This document shows positions 9,187-19,750 of a stretch of 64,000 nucleotides of DNA, in pieces. Position 1 is the first letter of the stretch, and every line of letters begins with the position of its first letter. A model generated the notes under the pieces. The model saw only the letters and a list, made by a program, of their open reading frames with translations. It searched no databases and was not told the origin of the DNA. This DNA is from Candidatus Latescibacterota bacterium (GTDB lineage Bacteria; Latescibacterota; UBA2968; GCA-2709665), in the NCBI GenBank assembly GCA_965219995.1, contig CBDCOX010000002.1, forward strand, positions 2,208,001 to 2,272,000. The letters run 5' to 3'. A program made the translations under genes and the position numbers.

Positions 9187-12100
9187 TCAGTCGTCGGCCG
9201 ACTGATGGGTTGCGGCCTGGCGGGAAAACGCGGCGCTGACGATCCTTTGCAGAACGGCGCGCAGGTCGTCCAGCAGCGTGTAACAAATGGGCACGAGCAG
9301 CAGGGTCAGAAACGTGGATGCCAGCAACCCGCCCATCAGGGTCCGGCCAAGCGGCGCGTAGGGAATCCCGATGAGATTGCTGTTGCCCAACGCCATTGGC
9401 AACAGGCCGCAAACCGTGGTAAACGTGGTCATCAGGATCGGGCGAAACCGGTTGTGCCCGGCCTCCAGAATAGCCTCGGTCCGGTTCATGCCCTCGTGAC
9501 GCATTCGGTTGATCATATCCACCAGGACAATGGCGTTGTTGACGACGACGCCGATCAGTACAATCATGCCGATGTTGGCCATCATGTCCATTGGCGTGCC
9601 GGTCAGATAGAGCGTCCAGTACACCCCCAGGAACGAAAACGGAATGGAAAACAACACTGAAAACGGTAGAACCACGGACTCGAACAACACCCCCATCAGG
9701 AGAAAGACGCACGTTACTGCCATCACCACCGCAAAAATCGTCTCGTTGTCCGACTCCCGGAACCTGGCGAAGCGTTCGCCCTTGTTCCACGAATATCCCC
9801 GCGGCATGTGGAAACCGGCCATCGCCCGGTCGATTTCGGCGTAAAGACCCTTCAGATCATCCTTTGTCGTAAACGCCTTCACCGCCAGACGCGTCTTGCC
9901 GTCTTCCCTCCGGATTCTCCCGCGCCCCGGCGTCACCTTGAAAGTGGCCAGTTCGGACAGGGGGATCTCCTCTCCGGACGCCGACCTGAACATGAAACTC
10001 TTCAGGTGATGCAGCGTCTGCCGGTCCGCCTCTTCCAGGTACAGTCGCGTATCCACCTCGCGCTCACCGGACTGGTACCGGGGAAGGCTGACCCCCTGCA
10101 TCGTGAAGGCCAGGGTCCGCGCCACGACCTGCGGCGAAATCCCGTAGCGCCTCGCGCGGACTCGATGAATTTGGACCTGCACCTCGTCGGTGGATCGTTC
10201 CAGGTCGGAATCCACGTTCACGACCGACGGAATCTGCCGGAGCCGGCGCTCGACTTCCGTCACGAGGCCGGCCAGCACCTCGGTGTCGTCTCCGTAGAGA
10301 TAGACCGAAACCGAAGGATCCCCGCCGCCGCGGGCGCGGCTCTCCACGCCGATCCGCACCCCCACGTACTTGGGCATGTCCTTCTTCAGATCAGCGATGA
10401 CCTCCGTACGGGCCATCGTGTTGTCCACCGGAACGCCAAGACCCGCCCGCAGGTTCTTGTACGCGACGTACCACCACGCCTCATTGGGGTTCGTATCCAG
10501 AAAGATCTCAAAATTCCCACGGGTCTTGCGGAACCAGGACCGGATGGTCCGGATGCCGTAGGCCTCTCGCTTTGAATTCAGAAACTCCTCCACCTCGTTC
10601 ATCAATTCAAAGGTCTCGTACGTCGTAAAGTCGCGGGGGGTCCGAATATTGATGTCGATATCGTTGATATTGCCACGAGAGGAATCCGACCGTTTCATTT
10701 TGTCCGCCGGAATTGCAATGGTCGCAAAAACCGCCAGGAGGATCAATATGGCGTCCCGGCGGTGGCTCAACGCCCAGTTCAGCACCCGCCCGTAGCGCAT
10801 CCGCGCCCAGCCGATGGACTTCGAATCCGGCTTCACCCGGCTGCCCCCGAAACGCACCGAAGCCAGCGGGATGATTAACAACGCCACGAACAACGACCCC
10901 ACCAGCATCACGATGACGGGGACACCCATGCGAGAGAGATAGAACGTCATCCCCACGTTTCCGGTCATCAACATCAACGGCAGAAAGACCACGACCGTGG
11001 TCAGCGTGGCCATGGTTATCGCCATGGCAACTTCGCTGGCGCCCGCCACGGCGGCAGGCCTGGGGGATTCGCCCTTCTCGCGCCGCCGGTAGATGTTCTC
11101 CAGAATCACGACGGCGTTGTCGACAACCATCCCCACACCCACCATCAAACCCATCATCGTCATGAGATTCAGAGACCACCCGGAAAAATAAAGCACCGTT
11201 ACGGTTATCATGGCGCACAGCGGTATCGACAGCGTGATGATGGCCGTCATACGAAGGACGCGCAGGAAGAACAGAAGAACCAGCGCGGCGAACAATCCGC
11301 CCCAGAGGCCCGTATTCCTTAAATTGGCAACGGATGCCCGGATGAGTTCGCCCTGGTTGAAAAACACATTGAACTGGATCTTGCCTGCCACGGCGGATCC
11401 GGTCTCAATCTCCGCGAGCGCCGCTGAAACACGGTCGCACACCGTGGCGATATCGGCCCCCGACTCGGCCTTGATACCCACGGAAGAAGCCGGTTGGCCG
11501 TCGATTCTCTGATACCAGCTTCGGGCCGGGATATCGTAGACGACGTCGGCGACTTCCCGCAATCTGACGACGCCCTGGCGCGAACTTACAGGGATATTAC
11601 CGACCTCGTCGAGACTGCGGTACCGCGCCAGGGAACGGACGTAGAATTTCTTGGTGCCTTCGTTGACGTAACCGCTCTTGAGCGCGAAATTGTCGTTCTG
11701 CAGGCTTTGTACCATCTCATAGATATTCACGCCCCTCGCCATCAGTTGCTCGCGGTTGATTTCAATCATTACCTCTTTGGGGTCGGCGCCCCAGAGTTCC
11801 ACTCTGGCCACTCCTTCGATGCGTTCAAGGGGCCGCTGAACGTGCGTTTCCAGGAAACGGTACACGTCCACGATCGTGGAGTCCAGGGCCGCGCCGATCC
11901 ACATGATGTTCCAGCCCTCGTCATTATACTTCCAGACGAAGACATTGTCCCGCACCTCCTCAGGGAGTTCCGGCTTGAGCCGGTCCAGTTGATCCCTCAA
12001 CTGGTTGTACGCCAGGGTCATGTCGGCATCCTGCTGAAACCGGAGGGGGGCGCCCACGCCGCGGCTGTCCGTGTACGTCCGGACCCGTTCGATACCCTTG

Positions 12101-12345
12101 ATGGTCCGCAGACGCTCCTCGAGGGGGCGTGTGATCTGCTGTTCGACCTCCTGAGGCGTGGCGTTCGAGCCGGGATACCGCACGCTCAACCACAGGAAGG
12201 GTGGATCGAAGCCGGCCGGCATCATCTTCACCGCGATCCGTGAATAGGCGACGGCGCCCATCACGAGCAGGGCCACGAGACACACCGTGATTGTTACGGG
12301 TCGATTAACGGATATGGATGAAAGGAGGGAGGGTCGACTGTTCAT
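9187..12345 (-). CDS. RND efflux permease (AcrB/AcrD/AcrF family), no adjacent MFP/OMF
   Basis: About 1050 aa; GMVVDNAVVILENI, GVVVNNAIVLVD and RFRPILMT; start MNSRPS at 12345. Confidence 0.92.
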   Translation of the reverse strand: MNSRPSLLSSISVNRPVTITVCLVALLVMGAVAYSRIAVKMMPAGFDPPFLWLSVRYPGSNATPQEVEQQITRPLEERLRTIKGIERVRTYTDSRGVGAPLRFQQDADMTLAYNQLRDQLDRLKPELPEEVRDNVFVWKYNDEGWNIMWIGAALDSTIVDVYRFLETHVQRPLERIEGVARVELWGADPKEVMIEINREQLMARGVNIYEMVQSLQNDNFALKSGYVNEGTKKFYVRSLARYRSLDEVGNIPVSSRQGVVRLREVADVVYDIPARSWYQRIDGQPASSVGIKAESGADIATVCDRVSAALAEIETGSAVAGKIQFNVFFNQGELIRASVANLRNTGLWGGLFAALVLLFFLRVLRMTAIITLSIPLCAMITVTVLYFSGWSLNLMTMMGLMVGVGMVVDNAVVILENIYRRREKGESPRPAAVAGASEVAMAITMATLTTVVVFLPLMLMTGNVGMTFYLSRMGVPVIVMLVGSLFVALLIIPLASVRFGGSRVKPDSKSIGWARMRYGRVLNWALSHRRDAILILLAVFATIAIPADKMKRSDSSRGNINDIDINIRTPRDFTTYETFELMNEVEEFLNSKREAYGIRTIRSWFRKTRGNFEIFLDTNPNEAWWYVAYKNLRAGLGVPVDNTMARTEVIADLKKDMPKYVGVRIGVESRARGGGDPSVSVYLYGDDTEVLAGLVTEVERRLRQIPSVVNVDSDLERSTDEVQVQIHRVRARRYGISPQVVARTLAFTMQGVSLPRYQSGEREVDTRLYLEEADRQTLHHLKSFMFRSASGEEIPLSELATFKVTPGRGRIRREDGKTRLAVKAFTTKDDLKGLYAEIDRAMAGFHMPRGYSWNKGERFARFRESDNETIFAVVMAVTCVFLLMGVLFESVVLPFSVLFSIPFSFLGVYWTLYLTGTPMDMMANIGMIVLIGVVVNNAIVLVDMINRMRHEGMNRTEAILEAGHNRFRPILMTTFTTVCGLLPMALGNSNLIGIPYAPLGRTLMGGLLASTFLTLLLVPICYTLLDDLRAVLQRIVSAAFSRQAATHQSADD

Positions 12346-12470
12346 TGAGAAGACATTCCTTCGGTCCTTCGTATACGGTCGATGTAATAGACCCGTGGAA
12401 TTACGCCCCACATCTCCTGGCTTACATAGCATCTGGTACACATAGTCCCGCCACATCCTGTGGAGACTGT

Positions 12471-12622
12471 GCGCTGAGACGCTCCCTGAGCTTGTCGAAG
12501 GGTCGGCGAAGGGCTATCGACGCCTTCCATCGGCGCACAAAGGGCGTTTCCGGTTGCGTCGCGCTGAACCTGTCGAAGCGGCCGGTGTATAGCGGGCATT
12601 TCGACAAGCTCAATGACCACGC
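12471..12622. repeat. Cluster of CTGAGCTTGTCGAAG-type REP-like repeats
   Basis: Copies at 12471-12513, 12563-12579 and 12593-12622 (inverted); same family at 35549-35625 and 43097-43457. Confidence 0.85.
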
Positions 12623-12914
12623 GTACAAAAGCTGTTTCGACGGACTCGAGGGGCGAAAAGTACCTGATACGACAACGACCATTTGAGGCCCCGAAGAAAG
12701 GAGATTTGCATCCTTAGACGGGACATTGAGCGGAAGATGGCGCCCCTCGTCGGTTGAAAGCCGAAACGTGGCATATCCGTAAGACGCGCGAACCCTAGAT
12801 ATGATTCAGACAAGCGATAGAAAACACCGGCGATGCGGAAGGAAAAGCGCCCGGGTTGGGATCCCGGCAACGAATCCGGCGGCCGCCGAATGGTTGAGCG
12901 GATGCCTGCTACCT

Positions 12915-13253
12915 TTACGATACGTCCACGATGCGGCGAAGCGATTTTTTGCGGGACTGCCGGCGTTTCTGCTCCAGGCGTTTTTCTCTGGACGCGCGCG
13001 AGGGTCTGGTTGGTATTCGGGATCTGACCGTGTGGTTCAATCCGATGAGTTTTCGCCGGAGACGCTGGAGGGCGAGGTCTCTGTTGCGTCCCTGGAAGCG
13101 ATGTTCGGACGCAACGACCGTGATACCGGTGGGAATGTGTACGAGCCTGACCGCGCTTTCAACCTTGTTGCGGTGCTGGCCTCCGGGTCCCCCGCCGCGA
13201 AAAGGATGGAATCGCACTTCCTTGAGAAGGATATCCGGATTGGTATTATACAT
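12915..13253 (-). CDS. arfB: Ribosome-rescue peptidyl-tRNA hydrolase, ArfB-like
   Basis: GGPGGQHRNKVESAV GGQ loop, no codon-reading domains, basic tail RIPTRPSRASREKRLEQKRRQSRKKSLRR. Confidence 0.85.
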   Translation of the reverse strand: MYNTNPDILLKEVRFHPFRGGGPGGQHRNKVESAVRLVHIPTGITVVASEHRFQGRNRDLALQRLRRKLIGLNHTVRSRIPTRPSRASREKRLEQKRRQSRKKSLRRIVDVS

Positions 13254-13328
13254 GCCGGGATCCCGGGCATTTCTCGGCCGTTGCGGTCTCGTCAAACCGG
13301 GCCGGATGCGGGATCCTGCGACCCTCAA

Positions 13329-14555
13329 TTACAATAATCCGGCTCGGCGGAGGGCGTCGGCCATGACGCTTTCAGATTTGTTTTCGGACGTGTCTTCCTT
13401 GACCTTGAACGCTTTGACTTCCTCGACTTCAACCGCTTTCTTTTCTTCTTCCTGAACGTCGCGAATGGATAGGGAGATGCGTTTTCTCTCCCGGTCGATT
13501 TTCCGGATTCTGGCGCGCACTTCCTGGCCTACCGAAACCGCGTCGGCAGGCCGCGAAACGCGGCTTCGGGCGAGCTGGGATACGTGCACCAGACCCTCCA
13601 CACCCGGCGAGACTTCGACAAAGGCGCCGAATTGCTGAATGGAGACGACCGTTCCGGAAATGACCTCCCCTTCGCTGACTTTCTCGATCGCGCCGTCCCA
13701 GGGGTCGGGCTGAAGCGCTTTCATGGAGAGCGAGATTCGTTCCTTGTCTCCTCCGAGATCCTTGAGTTCGAGGATCTTCACGTTCACCTCGTCTCCTGAC
13801 CGCAGCACGTCTTTCGGATGGCCCACGCGGTTGTGCGCAATCTCCGAAATGTGGACCAGCCCCTCCACGCCGCCGAGGTCGACAAAGGCGCCAAACCTCT
13901 CCAGCCGGGTGACTTTTCCGGTGACTTCAGCGCCCTCGCTGAGCTTTTCGCGCAGTTCGTCCGCCCGGCGGGCGGCCTCGGCTTCGAGATGGGCGCGGCG
14001 TGACAGTACGATATTGCGGCCCCTGCCCCTGAATTCGACAATCTTGAAGGTAAGGGTCTGGCCCGCATACGAGGCCAGGTCCTTGCTGTAACCCGTATCG
14101 ATCTGTGACACGGGACAGAAAGCCCGGCGCCCTCCGAGGTTGACAACCAGACCGCCCGAGTTGAACCCGGTAACCCGTCCGTCGACCGGGATTCCGTTCT
14201 CGTAGGCCTGCCGCAGTATCTGAACGTTACCCGTACGCCGTGACAGCGTCAGCCGGACTTCGTTCTCCACGGAGACGACAAAGGCTTCGATATTGTCGCC
14301 AACCCGGCATGAAACCTCGCCGTTTTCGTCCCTCAGTTCCTGGAGGTCGACAACGGCCTCACTCCGGCCCCCATAGTCTACGAATACGGAAGATTCATCG
14401 ATGGTCCGGATGCGGCCTGAGAGGCGCTGTCCCACCGAAAGAATCGGCGCGGGCGCCTGCTCCGGCTCGCCTTCGAGCATGGCTGCGAATTCGTCGCTCG
14501 ACCGGTCCGAAACGTATTTCTCGTCCATTTCCTGCACATTTCGTGGTTCGCTCAT
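13329..14555 (-). CDS. S1 RNA-binding domain protein (four-domain, ribosomal protein S1-like)
   Basis: Repeated [15 protein letters not shown] motifs, RISLS; 408 aa. Confidence 0.9.
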   Translation of the reverse strand: MSEPRNVQEMDEKYVSDRSSDEFAAMLEGEPEQAPAPILSVGQRLSGRIRTIDESSVFVDYGGRSEAVVDLQELRDENGEVSCRVGDNIEAFVVSVENEVRLTLSRRTGNVQILRQAYENGIPVDGRVTGFNSGGLVVNLGGRRAFCPVSQIDTGYSKDLASYAGQTLTFKIVEFRGRGRNIVLSRRAHLEAEAARRADELREKLSEGAEVTGKVTRLERFGAFVDLGGVEGLVHISEIAHNRVGHPKDVLRSGDEVNVKILELKDLGGDKERISLSMKALQPDPWDGAIEKVSEGEVISGTVVSIQQFGAFVEVSPGVEGLVHVSQLARSRVSRPADAVSVGQEVRARIRKIDRERKRISLSIRDVQEEEKKAVEVEEVKAFKVKEDTSENKSESVMADALRRAGLL

Positions 14556-14804
14556 GCGGGTTCTCTCATGCTCCCTTTCCGGCGATGTTCGGACTATCCC
14601 CCGCGCGCTCGCCCGGCGCGCATGGCGCGGGGATTCTCAGGGCTGCTCCGATCAGGAGGCCATCGGATCAAGACAAGTAAAGGTATGAGAAAATTCGAAA
14701 TACGCAAGGTTTTTTTGGAAATCCGAAATGGCGGCCCGGGCGCGTGACCGGCAGGTTCGCCCTGTGAGCGGATCCGGTCCCGAAGGGTCAGGGAAATCTC
14801 AACA

Positions 14805-14833
14805 TTGATTGAGCGAGGACGTTATGGTATATT
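14805..14833 (+). promoter_or_regulatory. Sigma-70-type promoter
   Basis: TTGATT-N17-TATATT with TG extension, about 46 bp before ATG 14880. Confidence 0.6.
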
Positions 14834-14879
14834 CTGGAGTACCTCGGCAGGAAATACACGAACGGACAGGGGACCGAAG

Positions 14880-16091
14880 ATGAACGAGAAGATCGAAGAT
14901 GCTTGGCAGGCCGCGCTTCAGATATTGAAGCCGCGAAAGAAAGACCTGGAACACGGGTTGGCCCTGCACGCGGACTCCATCGTGTGTGACACGTACGGAT
15001 TCGCGCCGCGGGCCGCCATCGATGGCGACGCAATGGCGGCCGCCGTGGAAGCCGGCGCGTCGGCGGCCGAGTTGAACGATATGAACGAGGAAATGTCGAT
15101 GACCCGGTGCGCGACCGATCCGGTCGAGCGGGCGGAGTTTCAGGAGGCCTGGCTGTCGGCAGGGGTGACGTGTATCGTGCAGAACGCGGGAGAAGAGGGC
15201 CAGGCGCCGTTACGGTTGATCAAACGTCTCGCCAGGTTTACGTACGTGGCCGACGTGATGCGGGATTTTCTGCTTCGGGCAACCACGCCCGCGGATATCG
15301 AGGCGGCCAGGGCGAAGGGGAGACAGTGTTTCTATATGAGCGGCAACGGGGTACCCCTGTCGCAGGACTGGGTGACCGTCGAGGAGGAATTGAGACATAT
15401 ACGGACCTTCTTCCAACTTGGGATTCGCATGATGCACCTCACGTACAACCGGCGAAATATGCTTGGAGACGGGTGCGCCGAGCCCGCCAATGCGGGCTTG
15501 AGCGATTTCGGCAGATCGGTCGTGGCCGAAATGAACCGGGTGGGCGTGATCGTAGACGTGGCGCACGCCGGCTGGCAAACCAGCCTCGAAGCAGCCAGGG
15601 CGTCCGCGGTACCCATGGTGGCAAGCCATTCCGGCTGCTGCGCGGTGAACGAACACATCCGGTGCAAACCGGACGACGTGATCCGGGCGATTGCGGATAC
15701 GGGAGGTTACGTGGGCATCTGCTGCATTCCGGCGTTTCTGGGTCGGAGCGGAGACATACAGGCGCTGCTGGATCACGTCGATCATATGGTCAAGACGTAT
15801 GGCGCCGACCATGTAACGATCGGGACGGATACGGCGTACGCGTCACGCGCGTCGGGAAAGGAGAGGAGAAAGGCGCCCCGTCCGCGCACGCGTCCGCGCT
15901 GGGCGTATTTCTGGCCGCCGGATGCGTTTGACGCGCACTGGCGACAGGAACACATGGTGAATAGCCTTGCGTGGACCAACTGGCCGCTCTTTACGGTGGG
16001 AATGGTACAGCGCGGTTATTCGGATGGGGATATCCGCAAAATCCTGGGCGGCAACATGCTCCGCGTGGCACGGGCGGCACTTGCCTCCTGA
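14880..16091 (+). CDS. Membrane dipeptidase (peptidase M19) family protein
   Basis: LGIRMMHLTYN, GLSDFG, EMNRVGVIVDVAH, ASHS, IGTD and KILGGN. Confidence 0.9.
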   Translation: MNEKIEDAWQAALQILKPRKKDLEHGLALHADSIVCDTYGFAPRAAIDGDAMAAAVEAGASAAELNDMNEEMSMTRCATDPVERAEFQEAWLSAGVTCIVQNAGEEGQAPLRLIKRLARFTYVADVMRDFLLRATTPADIEAARAKGRQCFYMSGNGVPLSQDWVTVEEELRHIRTFFQLGIRMMHLTYNRRNMLGDGCAEPANAGLSDFGRSVVAEMNRVGVIVDVAHAGWQTSLEAARASAVPMVASHSGCCAVNEHIRCKPDDVIRAIADTGGYVGICCIPAFLGRSGDIQALLDHVDHMVKTYGADHVTIGTDTAYASRASGKERRKAPRPRTRPRWAYFWPPDAFDAHWRQEHMVNSLAWTNWPLFTVGMVQRGYSDGDIRKILGGNMLRVARAALAS

Positions 16092-16152
16092 TGGCCGCGA
16101 CGGCTCCGGCCAGATTCCAGAAAGACCGCGGCGCTTCAGAAAAGGGTGCTTC

Positions 16153-17403
16153 ATGACCGGTAATCTCAATCGTCTGTCGATTCTTCCTGTTTTCTTTATT
16201 GCTTTCCTGCATCCGGCGCATGGACAGAGCCCGAAGTTGATCTGGCAGCCCGAGAGTCCCGCTACGCAACGTTCGACAGACCCGCTCGCGGCGGATTTCG
16301 ACGGCGACGGCGACGTCGGATTTTCGGATTTCGTGCTGTTCGCGCGCAGCTTCAACGCCCGGGTAGGTGAAACGGCGTACGACGCCGGGCTGGACCTGAA
16401 CGGCGACGGTACCGTCAACTTTCCCGATTTTATCGCGTTCAGCGCCGCTTTTGGAGCCGGTTCCAACGTCGCGCCGTCCACGCGCCATGCGGTTTACGTA
16501 CTCGACCCGGTGTTGGGGGGTGCGGCGATCTTCGATTCCGAATCCCATCTGCTGACGGACTATCTGAGATTTCGGGGACCCACCGGTATCGCGGTTTCCG
16601 CGGACGAGCGGGCAATTTACGTCTCGGAAGGATTCGGGCTTTTCGCCATCGACGCAAATCACGAAGCGCTGTTCTCGATTCCGACGGAGTCGCAGGGACG
16701 CGTCGTGCTGAGTCCAGACGAGCGATTCGCATACGTGACGGAAGAACGAAACGACCGGTTGGTGGTGCTGGACCTTGTCGCCCGGGTTCCCGCGGACACG
16801 ATCCTGGTCGGCGAGCGGCCGATCGACGTTGCGATTACCCCGGACGGCAGGAAGCTTTACGTGGCGAACGCCGACAGCCGCGACGTTTCCGTCATCGACG
16901 TGGACCAGGGAGAGGTCGTGGCCGGCATAGTCATCGGCGGCGTCCCAGGTGAGATCGACGTTACGGCGGACGGCGCGCGGGCGTACGTGACGAACGTCGA
17001 CCGGGGTGTGATTTCGGTTTTGGATCTGAATTCGGATCGGGTTGCGGGGGGCATCCAGCTGAGGGGAGATTCCGCGAGGGGGCTGGCGTTCTCGCCGGAC
17101 GGCCGGACGCTCTACGTGGCTTCCACGGGGACGCAGACCGGCGGATTCCTGCTTGCCGTCGACGTGCAGCGCAATCTTATATCCCGGCGGCTCCGCGTGG
17201 GCGACGCCGCGTCCACGGTCGGCGTCTCGCCGGATGGCTCGCGCCTTTATATAGGCACGCTGGTGCTGGACGGCGGCGGACCCGGTCTGAGTGCCGTCGA
17301 CCTGAATGAGTGGCGGGTGATGGGGCGGCTGCTGGGGGTCGACTTTATTGCGCAGTTCGCATTCCGCACCCTGTCGCAGGGGGAGTCCGCGGGGGAACGC
17401 TGA
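16153..17403 (+). CDS. Secreted dockerin/EF-hand + YVTN (YncE) beta-propeller protein
   Basis: Signal peptide; DFDGDGDVGFSDF and DLNGDGTVNFPDF; repeats ITPDGRKLYVAN, DGARAYVTN, FSPDGRTLYV. Confidence 0.85.
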   Translation: MTGNLNRLSILPVFFIAFLHPAHGQSPKLIWQPESPATQRSTDPLAADFDGDGDVGFSDFVLFARSFNARVGETAYDAGLDLNGDGTVNFPDFIAFSAAFGAGSNVAPSTRHAVYVLDPVLGGAAIFDSESHLLTDYLRFRGPTGIAVSADERAIYVSEGFGLFAIDANHEALFSIPTESQGRVVLSPDERFAYVTEERNDRLVVLDLVARVPADTILVGERPIDVAITPDGRKLYVANADSRDVSVIDVDQGEVVAGIVIGGVPGEIDVTADGARAYVTNVDRGVISVLDLNSDRVAGGIQLRGDSARGLAFSPDGRTLYVASTGTQTGGFLLAVDVQRNLISRRLRVGDAASTVGVSPDGSRLYIGTLVLDGGGPGLSAVDLNEWRVMGRLLGVDFIAQFAFRTLSQGESAGER

Positions 17404-17445
17404 ATGCGGAAACCCGCACGTCGGGCTGGTGGTATTGCGGGTTTT

Positions 17446-17910
17446 TCAGTCGACGGCCTTGATAATGCGGATCTTGACCCGGGCGACCCCCTCTTCCACC
17501 ATGTCCAGGCGACGGGCCGCACCCAGGGAAAGGTCCAGAATCCGTCCTTCGACAAAGGGTCCCCGGTCGTTCACCTTCACTCTGACGCTCCGTCCGTTTC
17601 CAAGATGGGTTACGTGGATGACGGTACCGAGCGGAAGTTCCCGATGTGCCGCGGAGAGCCCGTACATATTGTAGATCTCACCGCTGGCGGTGGGACGGCC
17701 GTGGAACTTGTGCGCGTAATACGAGGCAAGGCCGACCTGAAAGGCGTCCTGGGTGGAAATCACGGGAGCGTCGACGGCGGTCTTTTCGGAGTCGGTTCCC
17801 GGCGGCGAGGAGCGATACCTGGGTCGGGAGAAACAGCCTGAACCAAGGCCGATTGCAAATATCAGGAGCACGTGAACCGCAACGCGGTCAGCCCCGCGGC
17901 CCGGTCTCAA
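17446..17910 (-). CDS. rlpA: Septal ring lytic transglycosylase RlpA family lipoprotein (start uncertain)
   Basis: Lipobox LGSGC; GLASYY..FHGRPTASGE, AAHRELP, VNDRGPF and RILDLS. Confidence 0.92.
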   Translation of the reverse strand: MRPGRGADRVAVHVLLIFAIGLGSGCFSRPRYRSSPPGTDSEKTAVDAPVISTQDAFQVGLASYYAHKFHGRPTASGEIYNMYGLSAAHRELPLGTVIHVTHLGNGRSVRVKVNDRGPFVEGRILDLSLGAARRLDMVEEGVARVKIRIIKAVD

Positions 17911-18811
17911 ACGAACCCACGAGGTCCGGGATTCGCCCGATCCGCTGGCTGCGGCAGTATTCGGCAAGGCCATCGACAATCTCCAGGGCAGCCCACGGGT
18001 TGATGAAGGTGGTCGTCCCTACCTGTACGGCGGATGCGCCGACAATCAGAAACTCGATTGCATCTTCAGCCGTCGCAATGCCGCCCATGCCGACGATCGG
18101 GATCGAGACCGCATTTGCGACCCGCCACACCATCGCCAGCGCAACCGGCTTGATGGCGGGCCCGGAAAGACCGCCGGTAACGTTGCCCAGAACCGGACGC
18201 CGGGTGCCGACGTCCACGGCCAGCCCCAGCAGCGTATTGATCAACGCGATGCTGTCGGCGCCTCCTTCTTCCACGGCCGCGGCCACAGCGGCGACGTCGG
18301 TGACGTTGGGCGTGAGCTTGACGATGACTGGAAGCCTGCATACCTCTTTTACCGCCGCCGTGACACCGTACGCGGCCTCCTCGCGACATCCGAAGAGCTG
18401 ACCGCCGTCCTTCATATTCGGCGACGAGATGTTCAATTCCAGTGCGTCGATGTCCGGTATGTCGTTGAACCGGCGCGCCATTTCGGCGAATTCCGCGTTC
18501 GAGGTGCCGGCGATGCTGACAATCCTCGCCGTGGAAAGCGCCTGCAGGGCCGGGACCTTTTCCGCAATAAACGCGTCGATACCCGGATTCGTCAGGCCGA
18601 TGGAGTTGAGCATTCCCGACGGGGTCTCCGCGGTACGGGGGGTGGGGTTGCCCGCGCGGGGACGAGAGGTGATGGTCTTGGTGACCACGCCGCCAACCTG
18701 CGCGAAGTCGAACACGCCCGCGTATTCGGCGCCGTGCCCGATGGTCCCCGAGGCCATCATCACGGGGTTCCTGATGGTCAGGCCGCCTCCGATGTGCGTG
18801 GAAAGGTCCAT
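17888..18811 (-). CDS. pyrD: Dihydroorotate dehydrogenase family 1B, catalytic subunit
   Basis: NPVMMASGT, GNPTPR, MLNSIGL.NPG, ELNISSPN, VKLTPNVTD and GGLSGPAIKP. Confidence 0.95.
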   Translation of the reverse strand: MDLSTHIGGGLTIRNPVMMASGTIGHGAEYAGVFDFAQVGGVVTKTITSRPRAGNPTPRTAETPSGMLNSIGLTNPGIDAFIAEKVPALQALSTARIVSIAGTSNAEFAEMARRFNDIPDIDALELNISSPNMKDGGQLFGCREEAAYGVTAAVKEVCRLPVIVKLTPNVTDVAAVAAAVEEGGADSIALINTLLGLAVDVGTRRPVLGNVTGGLSGPAIKPVALAMVWRVANAVSIPIVGMGGIATAEDAIEFLIVGASAVQVGTTTFINPWAALEIVDGLAEYCRSQRIGRIPDLVGSFETGPRG

Positions 18812-18889
18812 TGGCGTTTTGGGAGATGATTCCGGTCCGGGAAGCGCCCGCAGGCAAAGGCCTTCCCTGTCGGGACGGTCATGGGCCGT

Positions 18890-19684
18890 CTACCAGACGA
18901 TGGCATGGGCGTCCACCACCGGTCCTTCAATGCAGACCCGTCGATATCGATGATCTTCCCGATCCGCTTCCCGGTATTCCACCACACAGCCCACACAGGC
19001 ACCGAATCCGCAGGCCATATGGTTCTCGAGTGACGCGAAGCAGGGCAGACGGTGCTCGGCAGCGATCCCGGCGACCCGCGCCATCATCGGGTGCGGGCCG
19101 CAGGCAAGGATCTGGGTTTCGCCGGGTCGGACGTGTGCCGGAATCAGGTCCGTTACGGGGCCTCTGTGTCCGAGGCTCCCGTCGTCCGTTGCAAGGCGTC
19201 GGCACAGATCGGCGGGAATCACACGATCCATTTCGGGCATTCGCGCTTTGCTGGCAGCCCCCATCAGGAAGACCATTTCGGCTCGACGTTCCTTGTAGAA
19301 CCAGGCCGAAAAGGCAAGCGGGACCAGACCTACGCCCCCGGCGACCAGTAGGAGCCGGCCCGTATCGGGCGGGACAAACGCCTGGCCCAGCGGGCCGAGC
19401 AGATCCAGATACCGACCGGCCGGGGCCGCGGCCATTCTGCGCGTGCCTTCGCCGATGGCGTCATAGACGATCTCCAGCCATCCCGCTTCGGCATCCACGC
19501 GCAGCGCGCTGAACGGGCGCCGGAGATAGGGTGTCCGGCCGGGGTCGGTAAGGACATGAACAAACTGGGCCGGGCGGCAGGACCGGGCAATTCCCGGGGC
19601 GCGCAGGCGCATCAGGTAGACGTTTCGAGCAATCCGCTCGTTGACGAGGACTTCGGCGTTTTCCTGGAAGAATCGTGAATTCAT
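18890..19684 (-). CDS. pyrK: Dihydroorotate dehydrogenase electron transfer subunit
   Basis: LRRPFS, GGVGLVP, ACGP and MACGFGACVGC..C 2Fe-2S motif. Confidence 0.95.
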   Translation of the reverse strand: MNSRFFQENAEVLVNERIARNVYLMRLRAPGIARSCRPAQFVHVLTDPGRTPYLRRPFSALRVDAEAGWLEIVYDAIGEGTRRMAAAPAGRYLDLLGPLGQAFVPPDTGRLLLVAGGVGLVPLAFSAWFYKERRAEMVFLMGAASKARMPEMDRVIPADLCRRLATDDGSLGHRGPVTDLIPAHVRPGETQILACGPHPMMARVAGIAAEHRLPCFASLENHMACGFGACVGCVVEYREADREDHRYRRVCIEGPVVDAHAIVW

Positions 19685-19750
19685 GCGGTGAAGGCTTCAC
19701 GGGGACAACCCGGACCGCACTGACGATCCGAGCTGGCCGCGCTCCGTCGA

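Noticed and set aside
12346-12456. N-terminal extension of the RND ORF resembling a GIY-YIG start (DYVYQMLC) beside REP repeats
   Set aside because: Too short and lacks the second motif; cannot be told from chance.
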